A stretch of DNA of 64,000 nt from Leptogorgia sarmentosa. Lineage: Eukaryota. Every line of letters starts with the position of its first letter. Within the stretch, counting starts at the first letter, position 1. Below the pieces are notes generated by a model. The model ran no database searches and was not told the DNA's origin. It saw only the letters and a list, made by a program, of their open reading frames with translations. Location: NCBI GenBank assembly GCA_964658305.1, contig OZ210885.1, positions 5,766,001 through 5,830,000 on the forward strand. Direction: 5' to 3'. Position numbers and translations under genes: made by a program. Below, piece by piece: positions 63,307 to 64,000 of the stretch.

Positions 63307-63820
63307 ATGGCAAGCAAACAGTCAGAAGAGGTAATTATTATACAACTGCTGATTGAATTATTGTTGCTGTCGCTGTGTTCAAGTAGCTATATAAGTGCAT
63401 GTGGTTGTCGTCAAAACCACCACTTTATTTTATAGCCGAAAACTTTCTTTCATGTTTTGTTGTCAGGAAAGTGAAACACAACAAATCAATTGTAATCCAG
63501 CAGTAACCCATGAAGATATAAACAAATACGCGGACTTCTGCTCCGACAAATGCGAAAATTGCAAACGTGTGATGCAAAAGGCGCGTTTAACTGTAGCAGA
63601 AGCAAAAAAATCGCTCCGTAAAAGCCTCGAGATTACGTGCAGGGGTGAACACATTTCCTTGTGTTTCTGGTCTGGTTCACGCAGTAAAAAACTTGTGGTT
63701 CAGATGGATAGTGACGGGAACGCTCTTGTGGAGAAGAAAAAAAAGATCGGTCGCCGAAGACGGCCTCAATTAACAATAAATTGGCGAAAAAACAGACGAA
63801 AGCGCCATATTCGCCAATGA
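63307..63820 (+). CDS. Cys/His-core family copy G, 125 aa, polybasic tail
   Basis: Exon 63307-63330 MASKQSEE|GTAATT; exon 63467-63820 near-identical core to copy D, tail EKKKKIGRRRRPQLTINWRKNRRKRHIRQ*. Confidence 0.85.
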
Positions 63821-64000
63821 ATATCGTACAAATAGGACGATTACCTAATATTACCACTCTTGAACAATTCGATATTTCAACAAAACGCTTGAAGGCACTT
63901 CAATTCACACGCGATTTAACATGACTTAGAGCAAAATATGTAATTGCACGATGAACTTTTTTAGTTTTCCTTACTTACATTTTAATGGAATCGAATGTGA

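Overview
AT-rich eukaryotic (metazoan) genomic DNA with GT-AG introns, single-exon GPCRs and many short foldback/TIR elements; a marine invertebrate such as a cnidarian is plausible but cannot be proven from the window. From left to right: (1) the 3' end of a + strand sushi/CCP gene, convergent with a complete 15-exon minus-strand gene (15072->2386, 869 aa by my exon sum) encoding a signal peptide, 12 sushi domains and a C-terminal F-type-lectin-like domain, with a TATA/Inr promoter and a perfect kB site; (2) a repeat-rich stretch with a 2.6-kb non-autonomous CACTA/EnSpm-like element; (3) five intronless class A GPCRs, four of them close DRC-motif paralogs; (4) a 3-kb array of 12 tRNA-Thr genes/pseudogenes showing wobble-base anticodon shifts (TGT/CGT/AGT) and two 12-nt intron-like inserts; (5) from about 50.3 kb to the end, a tandem family of seven copies (five open, two pseudogenes) of a small protein I do not recognise, with a conserved Cys/His core, very different C-terminal tails, and repeated IRF-like plus NF-kB-like motifs upstream. 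This last family is the best candidate for an undescribed, possibly immune-inducible, system. All gene models were read by eye and lack transcript or database support.
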